Made by a program: the position numbers and the translations under genes. 64,000 nucleotides of DNA, taken from Eledone cirrhosa (lineage: Eukaryota). Location of the stretch: assembly GCA_964016885.1 (NCBI GenBank), contig OZ024740.1, positions 347,696,001 to 347,760,000 of the forward strand, in the 5' to 3' direction. Under the pieces are notes generated by a model. That model was not told where the DNA came from. It saw only the letters and a program-made list of their open reading frames with translations, and made no database searches. This document shows, in pieces, positions 40,500 to 59,877 of the stretch (the first letter of the stretch is position 1; the number at the start of each line of letters is the position of its first letter).

Positions 40500-42440
40500 C
40501 AACGATTTCATATCAAAAACCTTGCAAAACAAATTCATTACCGATATTTGGAGAGAGTGCAAGTAAAGCTCTTCAGTACAAGTTGATCACCCTGACACAA
40601 GAATTGAGAGTTTTCAGCGAGAAACTCCGATATCAGAACAGAGGTATTGGAAGGAAATCAGTCTATAGATCTGAGATTCAAATCAATAAATCTCACTGAG
40701 ACATCGTGCCATTCTAGAGGAAATATGGGGTGAGAAAAAGAATGTCAAGCAAAATGAAATGTGGTTAAAAGATCTCCGAACGAACTATTAGCCCTGCCTT
40801 ATACCAAACATTTACAGCATCATGATACACTTGGGTCTGTGTCTGAAAAACTTCAAGATAGCAAAGCACCAGGAAGAGATTTGATTGTCGGCTATTGGTA
40901 CGAAATGTGACTTTCTATCAGGTGATTCTTATCAACCTCTACCAATAAACTATGGTTGATAATAGCAGAGATAAGATTGATTCCCCAAAATAAAGATACC
41001 TACCTAGCAACTCGACTCGTGACATATTGCATGCCAGAACCAAATGTATAAAATGTATAAAACCTGTCTGAAACTATTTCTCCCGGAAACATCATCACAG
41101 ATGAGCAAGAGGCTGGGCAGAAATTAATGTGAGGGTCTGCTGAGTAGCTCCAAATTAACATCAACAATGATATAAACAACCTCTACCTAAAACGTAGACA
41201 GGTAGGCAGAGGATTGACATAATCCAAACAGCATTTGCGGGTCGTCTCATATCCATCCGACAACATGTGCGAATCACCAAGCGAAGAAGCTATGTTATAC
41301 AAGTCTGTCTACATGAAACAGATATCATGAGAGTACGGATGGAGCTCCTTGAGAAATCCTCCTTGCATGATTTTCAAAACCTCTAACCCATGGGAATAGC
41401 GCTGCAATACCGCAACGAATTCGTGGATGCTTATCAGCAAAAAATATGTAATATGATGTTGCCAGAAAGCTTCAAATTGAGAGTGATATAGATAAACAAA
41501 GTAGTCTATCTTGGACCAACAGCCGGCATATTATTTCTCACTTTAAACGACATGCTTTTGAAATCCAAGAATGGGAAATAAGGACATACCTGATACACAA
41601 AATATATAGGGATGCAGGCGAAACATCTAGATGTGACGCAAGATTCAGCGAGGATATCACTCACATCATAAACATCTATCACCACGAAACTATCTACCAA
41701 TGAGCCATGATGTAGTGACCAATACAATATATAATGCAATGAGTAGAAAGGGTCGTCATGGGAATAAAAATGAAAAGTTACAGTGACGTGGGGGGCATAT
41801 GCTTGCATAATATGAAAGAATACTGTTGGAATGTTCGTCAAAACCCCAATAAAATGCAAACATAACAGACAATATACAGTTATATGGAACAGTGAAAAGA
41901 AGGCAAGCATAATAGTAGAAATCAGCTGCGCAGCAGATGTCAGTTTAATGCTAAAGATTAATGAAAAGGAGAATGATTATGCTGAACTAATGTGAAATCT
42001 GCAGACTCTGCTTCTTGACTATATCTTTAGATTCGTACCTGTAATCATTGGGAATCTTGGATATTTTAGCAATTGCTTCAGTACAAATATTGTGAAGCTG
42101 GGCTTCATAGAACCAGGATGGGCAAGACTAGTTAGGAAGTTGCAATTAGTTGGAACTGTAAAAATAAATGTATTATTTCAGAAATTCAGCAGGTATTAAA
42201 TGGTTATACGTAAGTATAGATTCAGAAATAAATGCAAGTGTACACATATAACTCCAAATATTCAGATGCACACATGCAATAATATCTATACCTACACACA
42301 TGTGCATACAAACGCATCCAGACATTCATACATATTTACCAAGTTGATGTTGTCTAAGATCCAATGAGTTTTCTTTCTGTTATAAACTAGCTGTCTCTTT
42401 CTATTGGTCAAAATTTATAAGATAATTAAACCAGGTGAAC
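40500..42440 (+). mobile_element. Old, internally deleted R4/Dong-like LINE (its 5' part is duplicated at ~300-833 and ~20190-20726)
   Basis: Nucleotide homology along its length to 44550-48300. Ends ...GGTGAAC + ATACATAC. Confidence 0.75.
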
Positions 42441-42450
42441 ATACATACAC

Positions 42451-43683
42451 GATGGCTGCCCCCTCGTTATTGAGTATGGCCATTGCACGATATACCAATA
42501 TTAATAATTATTAATTAATTCTATCGTGCAATGCCTGTGCATAAAACTGTTTTTATAGTGAGGAAAGACTACGCACTTAGCCCATCCCACTCTCTGAGCG
42601 ACAGTAGCTATAACCCGAAAAGAAGAAAAGATCTACATCATCGGTAACTACTGAGCCACAGGTTTTATGTCGGAGTTATCCCAATATCCTAAGTTGTCTT
42701 CTCCTAGAAGAATGCCCTGATTAAGGCTAGGGGTCTTTCACTCCCAGTGGTTTAACCGCGTGATCGGATATCAAACCAGACTATTTCTATGTCCCCGTGC
42801 ATATACATACACCTGGACACATGCGTATACACATATACATTTACATACCTATGTACATGTGTATACACATATTTACTCATTTTTGGACGGCTGTTGACTC
42901 TTATGAGTTCTTTTTTGTCCTGCAGGGTGTCCAAAATCACCCTTCTCACCAAGTAAACTTGCTGGGGTTGCAGGTTTAGTCGACGACGACCCGACCATGC
43001 GACAGGTTGTCTGAGTTACATGTTACCAGTAGCACTCAAGAGTGGCCCGACATAAATACATACATACATACATACATACATACATACATACATACATACA
43101 TACATACATACATACATACATACATACATACATACATACATACATACATACGTACTTACATACATCATGGTTGCAAACTCTGCTACAGTATTGCAATCGC
43201 TGGCCAAATTACAGAAAATGATGCACTTTTAGACTACGGCCATCCACACGAACCTGTAACAGATCTTGAACAAGCAATGCCTGTGCTTTGAAGGATTTTT
43301 AAGTGGGGAAAGGCCTTGTACTTGAGCAATCCCACTCCCTGAGCATCAAAAACACTACCCGAAAAGGAGAACTGGTCAACATCATCGGATGCTTCCGAAG
43401 CCACGGTTTTTTTTTCAGAGTTTCCCTCTCCTAGAAAAGCGTTGTGACAACAACTGGGGGGCTTTCACTCCCAGGGGGGAAAAAGTACTATTTGGATAGC
43501 CGTTCACTCTGCTCATTTCCTCCGCCCTTTGCCGGGTCTTGTATTTTATCCCGCTGGATGTCCAAATATCACACTCATCACCAAGCAAGCTTGGTGTGGT
43601 TGCCGGTTTAGTCGCCGACGACCCGACCATGAGACAAGTTGTACTGGGTTACATGTTACCAGTAGCACTCGAGAGTGAACTGA
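42451..43683 (-). mobile_element. Stack of short RTE-UTR-like elements separated by (ATAC)n
   Basis: Reverse-complement homologues of 8540-8912 and 8998-9580. Confidence 0.65.
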
Positions 43684-43696
43684 CATACATACATAG

Positions 43697-43727
<31 letters not shown>

Positions 43728-43830
43728 CATACATACATACATACATACATACAAACATACATACATACATACATACATACATACATACATACATACATAC
43801 ATACATACATACATACATACATACATACAT

Positions 43831-46800
43831 AAGATAAATATTATTAATTGTAAGTCCCCCACAACAAACATGGGATCAACAACACGTGCTACAGGTCGCC
43901 ATGCTACTAGACTTCCTAGCAGCCAGATCGAACAGAGCCTTGAAACAACTATGCCTGTAAGAAACTTGACACCACCTTACCATCTAAGTCTACCTCGAAT
44001 GCTGGGGAAAACACTATCGATAATAATAATAATCGAAGAAATAATAATAATAATCGAAGAAATTTTACACCACGTGTACCACCCGAGTCAACCTCGACTG
44101 TTGTCGAAAATACTATCGATAATGATAATAATCAAAAGTATAAACAATTAAAAATTTCCCTCAACGAAATCTTCCAGAGAGAAATGAATTCATGTATAAA
44201 TATTTCTCTTGCTGAACGTATTAAAACGACAATGTTTAATTATAAAAAACAAATAATGAAATATTACGTGTTATTGACGAAATAGGAGTTGAATATTTAC
44301 GACGGATAAAAACCTCAACATTTTGGCAAATCAACGCCTGTTTATATGCCTTAGCAACGACAGTGAAGCATTATCTTGGTGATAGCAGAGATATTAACAA
44401 GAACAGAACACCACCAAAAATACCATCATATATAACTAAAATAGAAAAAAAGATTGCTGACCTACGAAAACCCATCGGATATGTGACAACGTTCCTTACA
44501 GGCAAACAAACACAAAAAAACTCACTCCTCACGAACAAAGAGTGAAAAATGAAATAGAGACGATGTTTGGTAACAGTAGAACCAGAACTCTTCAATATAA
44601 GCTGATCACCCTCAAACAAGAATTGAGAGGTGTTAGCGAAAAACGCCGATACATGAAGAAGGTAGATGTGAGAAAAGTACTTAATAAAAGATTCAGACGA
44701 CACCAAACATCAGTCTATAGTGATATGAAGAACAAAATGATAAGTTTCACTGAGGCCCCATCCCAGAAAGACATAGATTCCTTTTGGAGCAAAATATGGG
44801 GTGAAAAGAAGAATTTCAACCAAGATGCAGTGTGGCTAAGAGAAATCCGAAAGAACTATTGCTCCTACACTACAACAAAAACATACGAAATAAGTGAGGG
44901 TACCCTTGAGACTGTGATAGGAAAACTCCAAGATAAGAAAACATCAGGAAGAGACATGATTGTCGGCTACTGGTACAAAAACTGATATTCTATCGGAGGT
45001 ATCTTACTGACCTCTACCAACAAGTTCTTAAGGGAGATACACTTATACCAGAATGGTTGACATTAGCACAAACATTACTGGTCCCCAAGAACAAAGACAC
45101 CCACTTGGCAAAAAACTACCGACCCATTGCATGCCAGAACCTGATGTATATGATGTATACAGGCTGCCTGAACCTATTCCTCCAAGATCACTGTGAAAAT
45201 AATTATTTCTACTTTTTGGCACAAGGCCAGTAATTATCTCAGTGCATTACTGGTACTTTATTTCATCGACCCCGTAAGGATGAAAGGCAAAGATAACCTC
45301 AGCGGGATTTGAATTCAGACCATAAAAGGCCGTAACTCTTTGCTTCAAAGCATGGCGTCCGATCCTCTACCGATACTGCCAATCCACCCAACTTGCTCAA
45401 GTCCCAGACATTATTGTCAGAGCCATAGAGAGGCTGTCTTATTATTCATCTTGTCATTAAAGCCCTTGGCCTTTCTGCTCACGAAATGTGAGAGATACAT
45501 CATTGGCTCACAGGAGGACAGAAATACGAACCTAACCCATAATTTCTTTGTGGAGGACGATCTGAAACTCTATGCCAAGAACATGGATGGGATGAAGAAA
45601 AATCTTGATCTGGTTACAACGTTCTCAAAGGATATAGGAATGGAGTTTGGCCAAGATAAATGCTCATACATGACTGTAAAGCGGAGAAAAACAACAACCC
45701 ATCTAGCAACATTGTCATCAATGGCCTAACTGTTTAATCGATATCTGATGAGGACTGCTACAGATACCTGGGGATAGATGAGAACATATCCTATAATGGT
45801 ATCTGTAATAAGGAACGCGTAACCAGGGAATACTACACCCGATTAAGAAAGAATTGGTCATCGGAACTATCTGCGCAAAACAAGACAGTGGCTCACAATG
45901 TGTTTGCTGTGCCTGTCCTAACACCAACGATGGAATACTCAATTGGATGATATACAACATCCTAGCAGTTGATGTTGGAACTCGAAAAATACAACATCGG
46001 AAACTTCCACATCAACAGTGACATAGACCGTCTTTATTTGAAACGTAAGCAGGGAGGCAAGGGCCTAACATCAGTCCAGACAGCATTTGAATGTCACATC
46101 ATAGCTCTCCGACACCATCTACGAACCTCGAAGCGTAGGATCCCGTCTCTCGAGCAAGTCTATCTGCATGAGACAGATAACATCATGAGAGCTGGGAAAG
46201 AACTCATTGAAAGATATTCCCTGCGTGATAATCAAAAACTCACACCCATGGAATTTTACAACCAAGATGCAGTGTGGCTAAAAGAAATCCAAAAGAACTA
46301 TTGCTCCTACACTACAACAAAAACATACGAAAACACCAGCAAGAGACATCATTGTCGGCTACTTGTACACAAAACTGATATTCTATCGGAGTTATCTTAT
46401 CGAACTCTACCAACAATTATTATCAAAGCCATAGAGAAGCTGTCTTCTTCTTTGGCTACTATCCTAAAACAGAGAAGGAGGAATCTATTTTCACTGATAA
46501 AATAGAATATCAGAGGTATATTTGAAGGAAACAGTTTCTCTGTGATACTATTTATCCTGTCATTAAACTCCTTGGCCTTTCTGCTCAAGAAATCTGCAAG
46601 GATACATCATTGGCTCACAGGAGGAGAGAAATACGAACTTAACCCATAATTTCTTTGTGGATGATCTGAAACTCTATGCCAAGAACATGGATGGGATGAA
46701 GAAAAATCTTGACATGGTTACAACGTTCTCAAAGGATATAGGAATGGCGTATGGCCAAGATAAATGCTCATACATGACTGTAAAGCGGGGAAAAACAACA

Positions 46801-48360
46801 ACCCAATCTAGCAACATTGTCATCAATGGCCTAACTGTTTCACCGATATCTGATGAGGACTGCTACAGATACCTGGGGATAGATGAGAACATATCCTATA
46901 ATGGTATCTGTCATAAGGAACGCGTAACCAGGGAATACTACACCCGATTAAGAAAGATATGGTCATCGAAATTCTCTGCGAACAATAAAACAGTGGCTCA
47001 CAATGTGTTTGCTGTGCCTGTTCTAACACCAACGTTTGGAATACTCAATTGGACGAAAGACGAATTCCGAGCAATTGATGTTAAGACTCGAAAAATACTA
47101 AACAACACCGGAAACTTCCACATCAACAATGACATAGACCGCCTCTACTTGAAACGTAAGCAGGGAGGCAGAGGCCTAACATCAGTCCAGACAGATTTTG
47201 AATGTCGCATCATATCCCCCCGACACCATCTACGAACCTCGAAGCGTAGGATCCCGTCTCTCGAGCAAGTCTATCTGCATGAGACAGATAAGATCATGAG
47301 AGATGGGAAGGAACTCATTGAAAGATATTCCCTGCGTGATAATCAAAAACTCACACCCATAGAATTTTTCCTGCAGTACCGCAGTGAATCCATGGAAGAA
47401 TGCTTATCAGAAAAGCATGCTTATCAGCAAAGAATCATGCATGGATATGTTGCCAGGAAGCTCCAGAGTGAGAGTAATATAGATAAACAAACTAGTCTAT
47501 CTTGGACCAACAACGCTATATTGGCTCCCACTTTGAAGGATACGCTTTTACAATCCAAGAACAGGAGATCAACACGAAATACCTGATCCACAAAAAAGAT
47601 AGGAAGGCAGGCTAAACACCTAGATGTGACAAGTGCAGACTCTGCAGAATTAATATCGAAGATGTCATAAGCAGCTGTCCAATGATGTCATCGCGGTACT
47701 ATCTACCTATGAGGCATGATGTAGTGGCCAAAACACTGTACAATATAATCCGTAGAAAAAGTAGCCCTGATAATAAACACATTAAAAGCTACAGCAATGT
47801 GCCTTCAATCATTAGAGTGAATTTTATTTAAAATTCATTCTGATGATTGAATGCAGACATAATAGGAAAGAGAACTGGTGAAATGCTCCAGTAAAAACCC
47901 CAATGAGATGCAGGCATTAAAGACCAGATATAAGGATATGGGACAGGGAAGAGAAAGCATGCTCAGTAGTTGAGGTTAACTGTCCAGCAGATGCCAATAT
48001 AATATTAAAGATTAGCGAAAAGGAGAATATCTATGCCGAACTAATGATAAATCTGCAAATGCTCCACCCTGATTATACCTTCAGATTTATGCTGTGATTA
48101 TTGGGGCACCGGGATATGTTAGTAACTGCCTCAGTACAACTCTTGTGAAGTTGGGCTTCACAGAAAGAGATAGAACACGACTAGTTAGGAAATTACAAGT
48201 ACAATCCAATAATGGAACAGTAAAAATATGTAAAACATTCCAAAAATTCTGCATCTAATAACTCCATGTACACAGATACAAAGCATATCCACATGCACAC
48301 ATACAACTCAAAACATACACATCCACATACAATCACATCCATACCTGCACACACATGCAT
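43831..48360 (+). mobile_element. Near full-length, decayed and internally duplicated R4/Dong-like non-LTR retrotransposon (RT + restriction-like endonuclease)
   Basis: Starts immediately after (ATAC)n. RT motifs NYRPIAC, FVDDLKLY, YRYLG, RLYLKRKQGGRGL. C-terminal CRLC, RHD and RPD remnants. Segment ~45430-46250 duplicates ~46540-47370. SINE inserted at ~45200-45383. Confidence 0.88.
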
Positions 48361-48485
48361 GCACGCTGGGCTTCACAAAACCAGAAAGAACACGACTATG
48401 CATTAATGGAATAGTAAAAATACGTAAAACATACCACAAATTATGCGTTTAATTATTGCATGTACACTGTATGTATGCATGTATG

Positions 48486-48760
48486 CAGAGGCCTCGTTTG
48501 CCTTAAAAATGTGTGGGGGACAAACCAAAATTTGTTGTTTCTTAAAGGAGCATAAATTGTTTTATGGTGCCTTTCACAGAACCTATCACATAAGTAAAAC
48601 TTTACGGTAATTAAATTGTATATATTCAAATGAAGTTCAGATATAAATAATAAGCTTAAAAAGAATTTATAATATCAAATAAACAAAAAATAAAATATAG
48701 CCGTTTGAAAAAGTGGCGGGGGACTTGTCCCCCTGTACCCCTCTGAAACAATGCCCTTGC
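48486..48760. mobile_element. Short MITE-like element (possibly hAT-derived)
   Basis: Imperfect termini CAGAGGC.../...GCCCTTG, GGGGGAC/GTCCCCC subterminal motifs, embedded in TATG repeats. Confidence 0.35.
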
Positions 48761-48975
48761 ATGTATGTTTGTATGCATGTGTGTATGCATGTGTATATGT
48801 ATCTACGTATGTATGTATATATGTATGTATGCATACATACATGTGTGTATGTATGTTCTTCTGGTTTTATAATTTTCATGAATATAGTCGGTTTCTAACA
48901 TATACACAAGACACTTTCCTTGGAATTTAGACATATGTGCACACAGACAGACACACATACACACATACACACATG

Positions 48976-49074
<99 letters not shown>

Positions 49075-49199
49075 AAAAGTAATCGAAAACACAACTGCAG
49101 TCTTTTTAAGAATATCTATTTATTTATTTTACCGGTAAAGGACATCACTTCTATTACTTTAACTTTTGTTTGTTTGTTTTTTAATAAAAAAAGCCCCTC

Positions 49200-49294
<95 letters not shown>

Positions 49295-49355
49295 AATATA
49301 TATATATAAATGAAAGTATAAAAAATAGTTGTGGGCGTGAAGCCAACAGTATTTC

Positions 49356-49435
<80 letters not shown>

Positions 49436-49905
49436 TCACTCTTGGCGAGAGGAGAATGAGTTACAGAGTCAACGTATCGGGCATGTTCTCTTCATCAGGA
49501 AAAACACAAACGGAAAAGTGGAAAGGAAAGGAAATATTAAAAAGGTTGTTGAAATAAAATTATAAATAAAAAATAAAAAGAGAGTGGTGGGTGGGTGAGT
49601 GGTCAGGCCTGTGGGTGTGGGGATCAGTGGGAGGGTTGCAGACGTACAGTGAGTAGTAGTGTGCAAATGGCCTACATATTGCGATGCATGTGTGCGTGTG
49701 TGGGTGTTAAATATGTTGTTGATGGAAGTGTGTGTTGTTAATGTGTGTACACATGCATCCACGAACGCATGTACGAACGCGCACTCAAACACACGCACGC
49801 ACATGTGCACACACGCACACACCTGTCACTCTTTGCGCGCAGTCGCACATGTATGTGAGGGTGTATATGTTAGTATGTGTGTTTCGAAGAGATGTGTGGT
49901 CGATG

Positions 49906-49958
<53 letters not shown>

Positions 49959-49959
49959 G

Positions 49960-51041
49960 ATAAATCTACCAAAAGTTTACGGTAGTGTCCAATCCGTATG
50001 AAGAACTCAATGTAATCCGGATATCATGAAAAGATGCATTCAAAAACTACTTTCGGTGAAAAATAAACGGAAAACAGAGTCAAGATAAATTAATAAAATA
50101 ATGATGCATTCAAAAACTACTTTCGGTGAAAAATAAACGGAAAACAGAGTCAAGATAAAGTAATAAAATAATGAATAAACAAAGAAACAGTTCCTTATAT
50201 TAAAAAAAATTCATCATTTTACGATCGTTTCTAGGATATATATGTGTTAGAGTTGGTATGCATATTCTATAGATCTATGTACAATATTTATACAAACTAT
50301 CAGAGGGAATATACATACCTACACATATATATGCTGTCTTCAGAAATAATGATATTTGTTTATTGAAAAAAACAAAGATTCAATACAATAGGTCTGTTTG
50401 GGAACAGGTTTTGAATTGACCAATCGGGAGATAGTGAGGGTCAAGATAGTAATATAATAGTAGAAGAACCTTAAATTATGGGTAGAGGAAGGTAGATTTC
50501 AGTTTTGGATGGAAAAGAATATTATGAATGAAGGATTATTTTAGGGAAGAAATAGGTCTTATGCTGACCTCAGAAATAATTTTATTTGTTCATTGAATAA
50601 AACCAATAAAGATCTAATATATTCTGTCTGTTTGGTAAGAGGTTTAGAATTAACCAATAGAAAGTTAATAATTGGCCAAATGGTAAAATAGTAGTAATTG
50701 AAGCTTATTTTAGGGGTGAAAATAGGTCAGGTGGTCAGTAAAAGGTATACAAGCAGTTGCTGTTATAAAATAGTAATGCCAATAGAAATATCTAAGGTGA
50801 CCAAAGTTTTAAGATAAGAATGTTAGTGAAAAAATACATCTATGAAAAGAATATAAAATTAATTTAATTGATGGGTATATTTATATTGATAAAATTATAC
50901 TAATACATATAGATATGATAAATAAGAGTTAAATGCAGTTGAAAAGTGGTGTTAAAGATGAGGGGAAATTAAAAGAATATAAAAATAATATATATATATA
51001 TATACTTATATACATATATATATATACATATATATACACAT

Positions 51042-51113
<72 letters not shown>

Positions 51114-51114
51114 T

Positions 51115-51146
<32 letters not shown>

Positions 51147-51173
51147 TATACACATACACACACACACACACAT

Positions 51174-51242
<69 letters not shown>

Positions 51243-52474
51243 TATATATATATATATACACACAAACATGCATATATACATACATACACATACATATACA
51301 CACACATACATACTTATATATATATAATTATTGGGGGGGATTAAATTTATTAGTGAGAAATAGTAAATATATATAGTTTTCAAGGAACATAGAGTCATAA
51401 CCTGAAGTTAAAGCATTATATATGTTTACTTAATGGTATCAGTTTTAGAAAATGATATTTGTAAGAAGGAAAGCAAAATTATGTAGTTCATCAGTAGTAG
51501 AATATTAATTATAGGTTAACTAAATTTAAAATAGTTTATATATTAGTTTCTAAAGTGTATATTAATTAGGTTTATAATATTTAAAGCAGAATTATGTAGT
51601 TCATCAGTAGTAGAATATTAATTATAGGTTAACTAAATAAAAAATAATTTATATATTAATTTCTAAAGTGTATATTAATTAGGTTTATAATATTTAAAGG
51701 TTTTTCTCAGTTTATGATTACACGATATTATTAATTCCTGTCGCTTATTTAATAGGATATCCTTAGATTTCATTATTTCAAAAAGTTCTTGGGAACATAA
51801 TCTACATTCATTTCTACTATTTTGATAAGGGGTGGCCCTTTTGAGCACACTCCAGGTCAGGTCATATTCTATATTCCTCTTTCTATAACTATTAATTATT
51901 TCAGCTAGAGATGTTGTATTAGCTAGTGCGGCATTTTTAAAACTATGTTTGTGGGTATTAAATCTTACCTTAAAATTGTTAGAGGTAGCTCCTATATATG
52001 AATAAATTGAGTCCTTAGTGTTAACTTTACATTTATATACTATGTTATTAACAAGGCAATTTCCTTTTAATGGACAGTTTGCCTTGTTTCTACAGTTACA
52101 ACTTTTCGTGAATCCTGTATCTGAGGAGATATTATGGTTAGTTTGATGTACTGGTGGTATACTCGTGGTTTTTTTACATTTATATGCATTATAGGCACTT
52201 ATATTTTGTTTTATGTTTTTGGTTGTTGAGTAGGAGAATTTAACCGTTGATCTATTTAAGATGTGATGGTATTTGTGGTTTGGCGGGAAGTTTTTCTCTA
52301 GGATATTAAAGAATTTTTTAGGTATATTATCCTTAATTTGGGATAATATACCTAAAAAATTCTTTAATATCCTAGAGAAAAACTTCCCGCCAAACCACAA
52401 ATACCATCAAATCTTAAATAGATCAGCGGTTAAATTCTCCTACTCAACAACCAAAAACATAAAACAAAATATAA
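49960..52474 (-). mobile_element. 5'-truncated Penelope-like element (GIY-YIG end, CNC...CPL.G.C type) with 3' pseudo-LTR and spacerless 5' fold-back
   Basis: ORF 51675..52400 ...CNCRNKANCPLKGNC...IVYKC...YIGAT...RFNTHKHSF...CRLC. Palindrome 52200-52474 centred at ~52336. Confidence 0.8.
50211..50352 (-). ncRNA. Hammerhead ribozyme, family C, with ~110-nt stem II insertion
   Basis: Minus strand: TCATTATTT [CTGAAGA] CAG-C-ATATATATGTGT...ACACATATATAT-C-CTA [GAAA] CGATCG-TA AAATGATGA. 9-bp stem I, palindromic ACGATCGT, GUA site. Confidence 0.68.
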
Positions 52475-52489
52475 TGTTGAAAGGTCAAA

Positions 52490-57990
<5,501 letters not shown>

Positions 57991-58024
57991 TACTAATAGA
58001 AATATATATATATATATATATATA

Positions 58025-59222
58025 ATTTAGTTATTATTGCACCAACGTGAGGTATATGATTTTTAATGCAATGAAATATCTATGATCGTTGGCAAATCAC
58101 TGATGAGGGACTCATTTTATAACATGTTATCCATGTGCAACCTGCAGTATTCTTCTCCCCATTTTTTCACATATATTTACCTAAACTGCGATTCTGTTTT
58201 TCTCTCTCTCTCTCTTACTGCTCCCTCGTTCTCTCTGTTTCTCTTACTTTCTTTCGCCACCTCTGTCATGTCAGTTAACACTTTCTCTCTACTGACCTCT
58301 TCCGCACACTTCCACTCACTCACTCACTGTTTCTCCCCTTCTCACTTCACCCCGTTCGCGACGAAAATAATTTCCTTCTTTCTTACATTGGATTCATCTC
58401 GAAAGGTCTATTTTCTACGCGCTCATATATTCACCCAGCTTATGCTGATAGAATAACTATGTAGCTTGTGCCTCTTCCTATCTACGGTTAGCTTTTCTCT
58501 TTGTTGTTTACTTGTCTCACTCGCTTTACGCGTTTTAATTGTCCTAATAACTTAATTTAGTTATTATTGCACCAACGTGAGGTATATGATTTTTAATGCA
58601 ATGAAATATCTATGATCGTTGAGGGACTCATTTTATAACATGTTATCCATGTGCAACCTGCAGTATTCTTCTCCCCATTTTTTCACATATATTTACCTAA
58701 ACTGGGATTCTGTTTTTCTCTCTCTCTCTCTCTCTCTCTCTTACTACTCCCTCGTTCTCTCTGTTTCTCTTACTTTCTTTCGCCCCTCTGTCATGTCAGT
58801 TAACACTTTCTCTCTACTGACCTCTTCCTCACACTTCCACTCACTCACTCACTGTTTCTCCCCTTCTCACTTCACCCCGTTCGCTACGAAAACAATTTCC
58901 TTCTTTCTTACATTGGATTCATCTCGAAAGGTCTATTTTCTACGCGCTCATATATTCACCCAGCTTATGCTGATAGAATAACTATGTAGCTTGTGCCTCT
59001 TCCTATCTACGGTTAGCTTTTCTCTTTGTTGTTTACTTGTCTCACTCGCTTTACGCGTTTTAATTGTCCTAATAACTTAATTTAGTAATTATTGCACCAA
59101 CGTGAGGTATATGATTTTTAATGCAATGAAATATCTATGATCGTTGGCAAACCACTGATGAGGGACTCATTTTATAACATGTTATCCATGTGCAACCTGC
59201 AGTATTCTTCTCCCCATTTTTT

Positions 59223-59230
<8 letters not shown>
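58025..59230. repeat. ~525-bp tandem repeat (2.3 copies), inverted homologue of ~5940-6300 and ~23500-23870
   Basis: Unit start AATTTAGTTATTATTGCACCAACGTGAGG at ~58025, 58553 and 59079. Confidence 0.85.
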
Positions 59231-59318
<88 letters not shown>

Positions 59319-59572
59319 AATATATTGATACATTTATACATAGATGCATACATATATATATATTATATATACTTGTGTTGTTGTTTTTTAATACGGATTG
59401 CCTTTTATTTTCCTTATCCTATCCTTTGTGATCCTGTCTATTTTTGAACTCCTGAAGAAGAGCTAAAGCCTGACACATCGAACTTTCTTTCCCCCTTCCT
59501 ATACAAAGCGTGAAACAAATGAGACTCTTTCTACCTCTGTTTTGTCGTTTCCTTTTACCATATATATATATA

Positions 59573-59628
<56 letters not shown>

Positions 59629-59786
59629 CATATATACATATGAAAGTTAGGATTGGTGCTCTGAAATAGCGATGTATTCATGAATGTATGTATAGTATAT
59701 CTCGCGATATACTGTATGTTTAAATAAAAACATTTTCAAAACCTTGCGCTATTATTTTAATGTAGTGACTATGTCACTTACTTCTT

Positions 59787-59877
59787 TTTTCAACAAGGGA
59801 AGGGAGATAAGCTGACAGATCTGTTTCACACTGTTGGTGTTCATCAGACCTTAGCACTCGCCGACCTTTGTTGAAAA
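59787..59877 (-). ncRNA. Hammerhead ribozyme, family D (compact, GUC site)
   Basis: Minus strand: TAAGGT [CTGATGA] ACAC-CAACA-GTGT [GAAA] C-AGATCT-GTC AGCTTA, closed by an outer inverted repeat TTTTCAACAA(A/G)GG / CC(C/T)TTGTTGAAAA. Confidence 0.78.
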
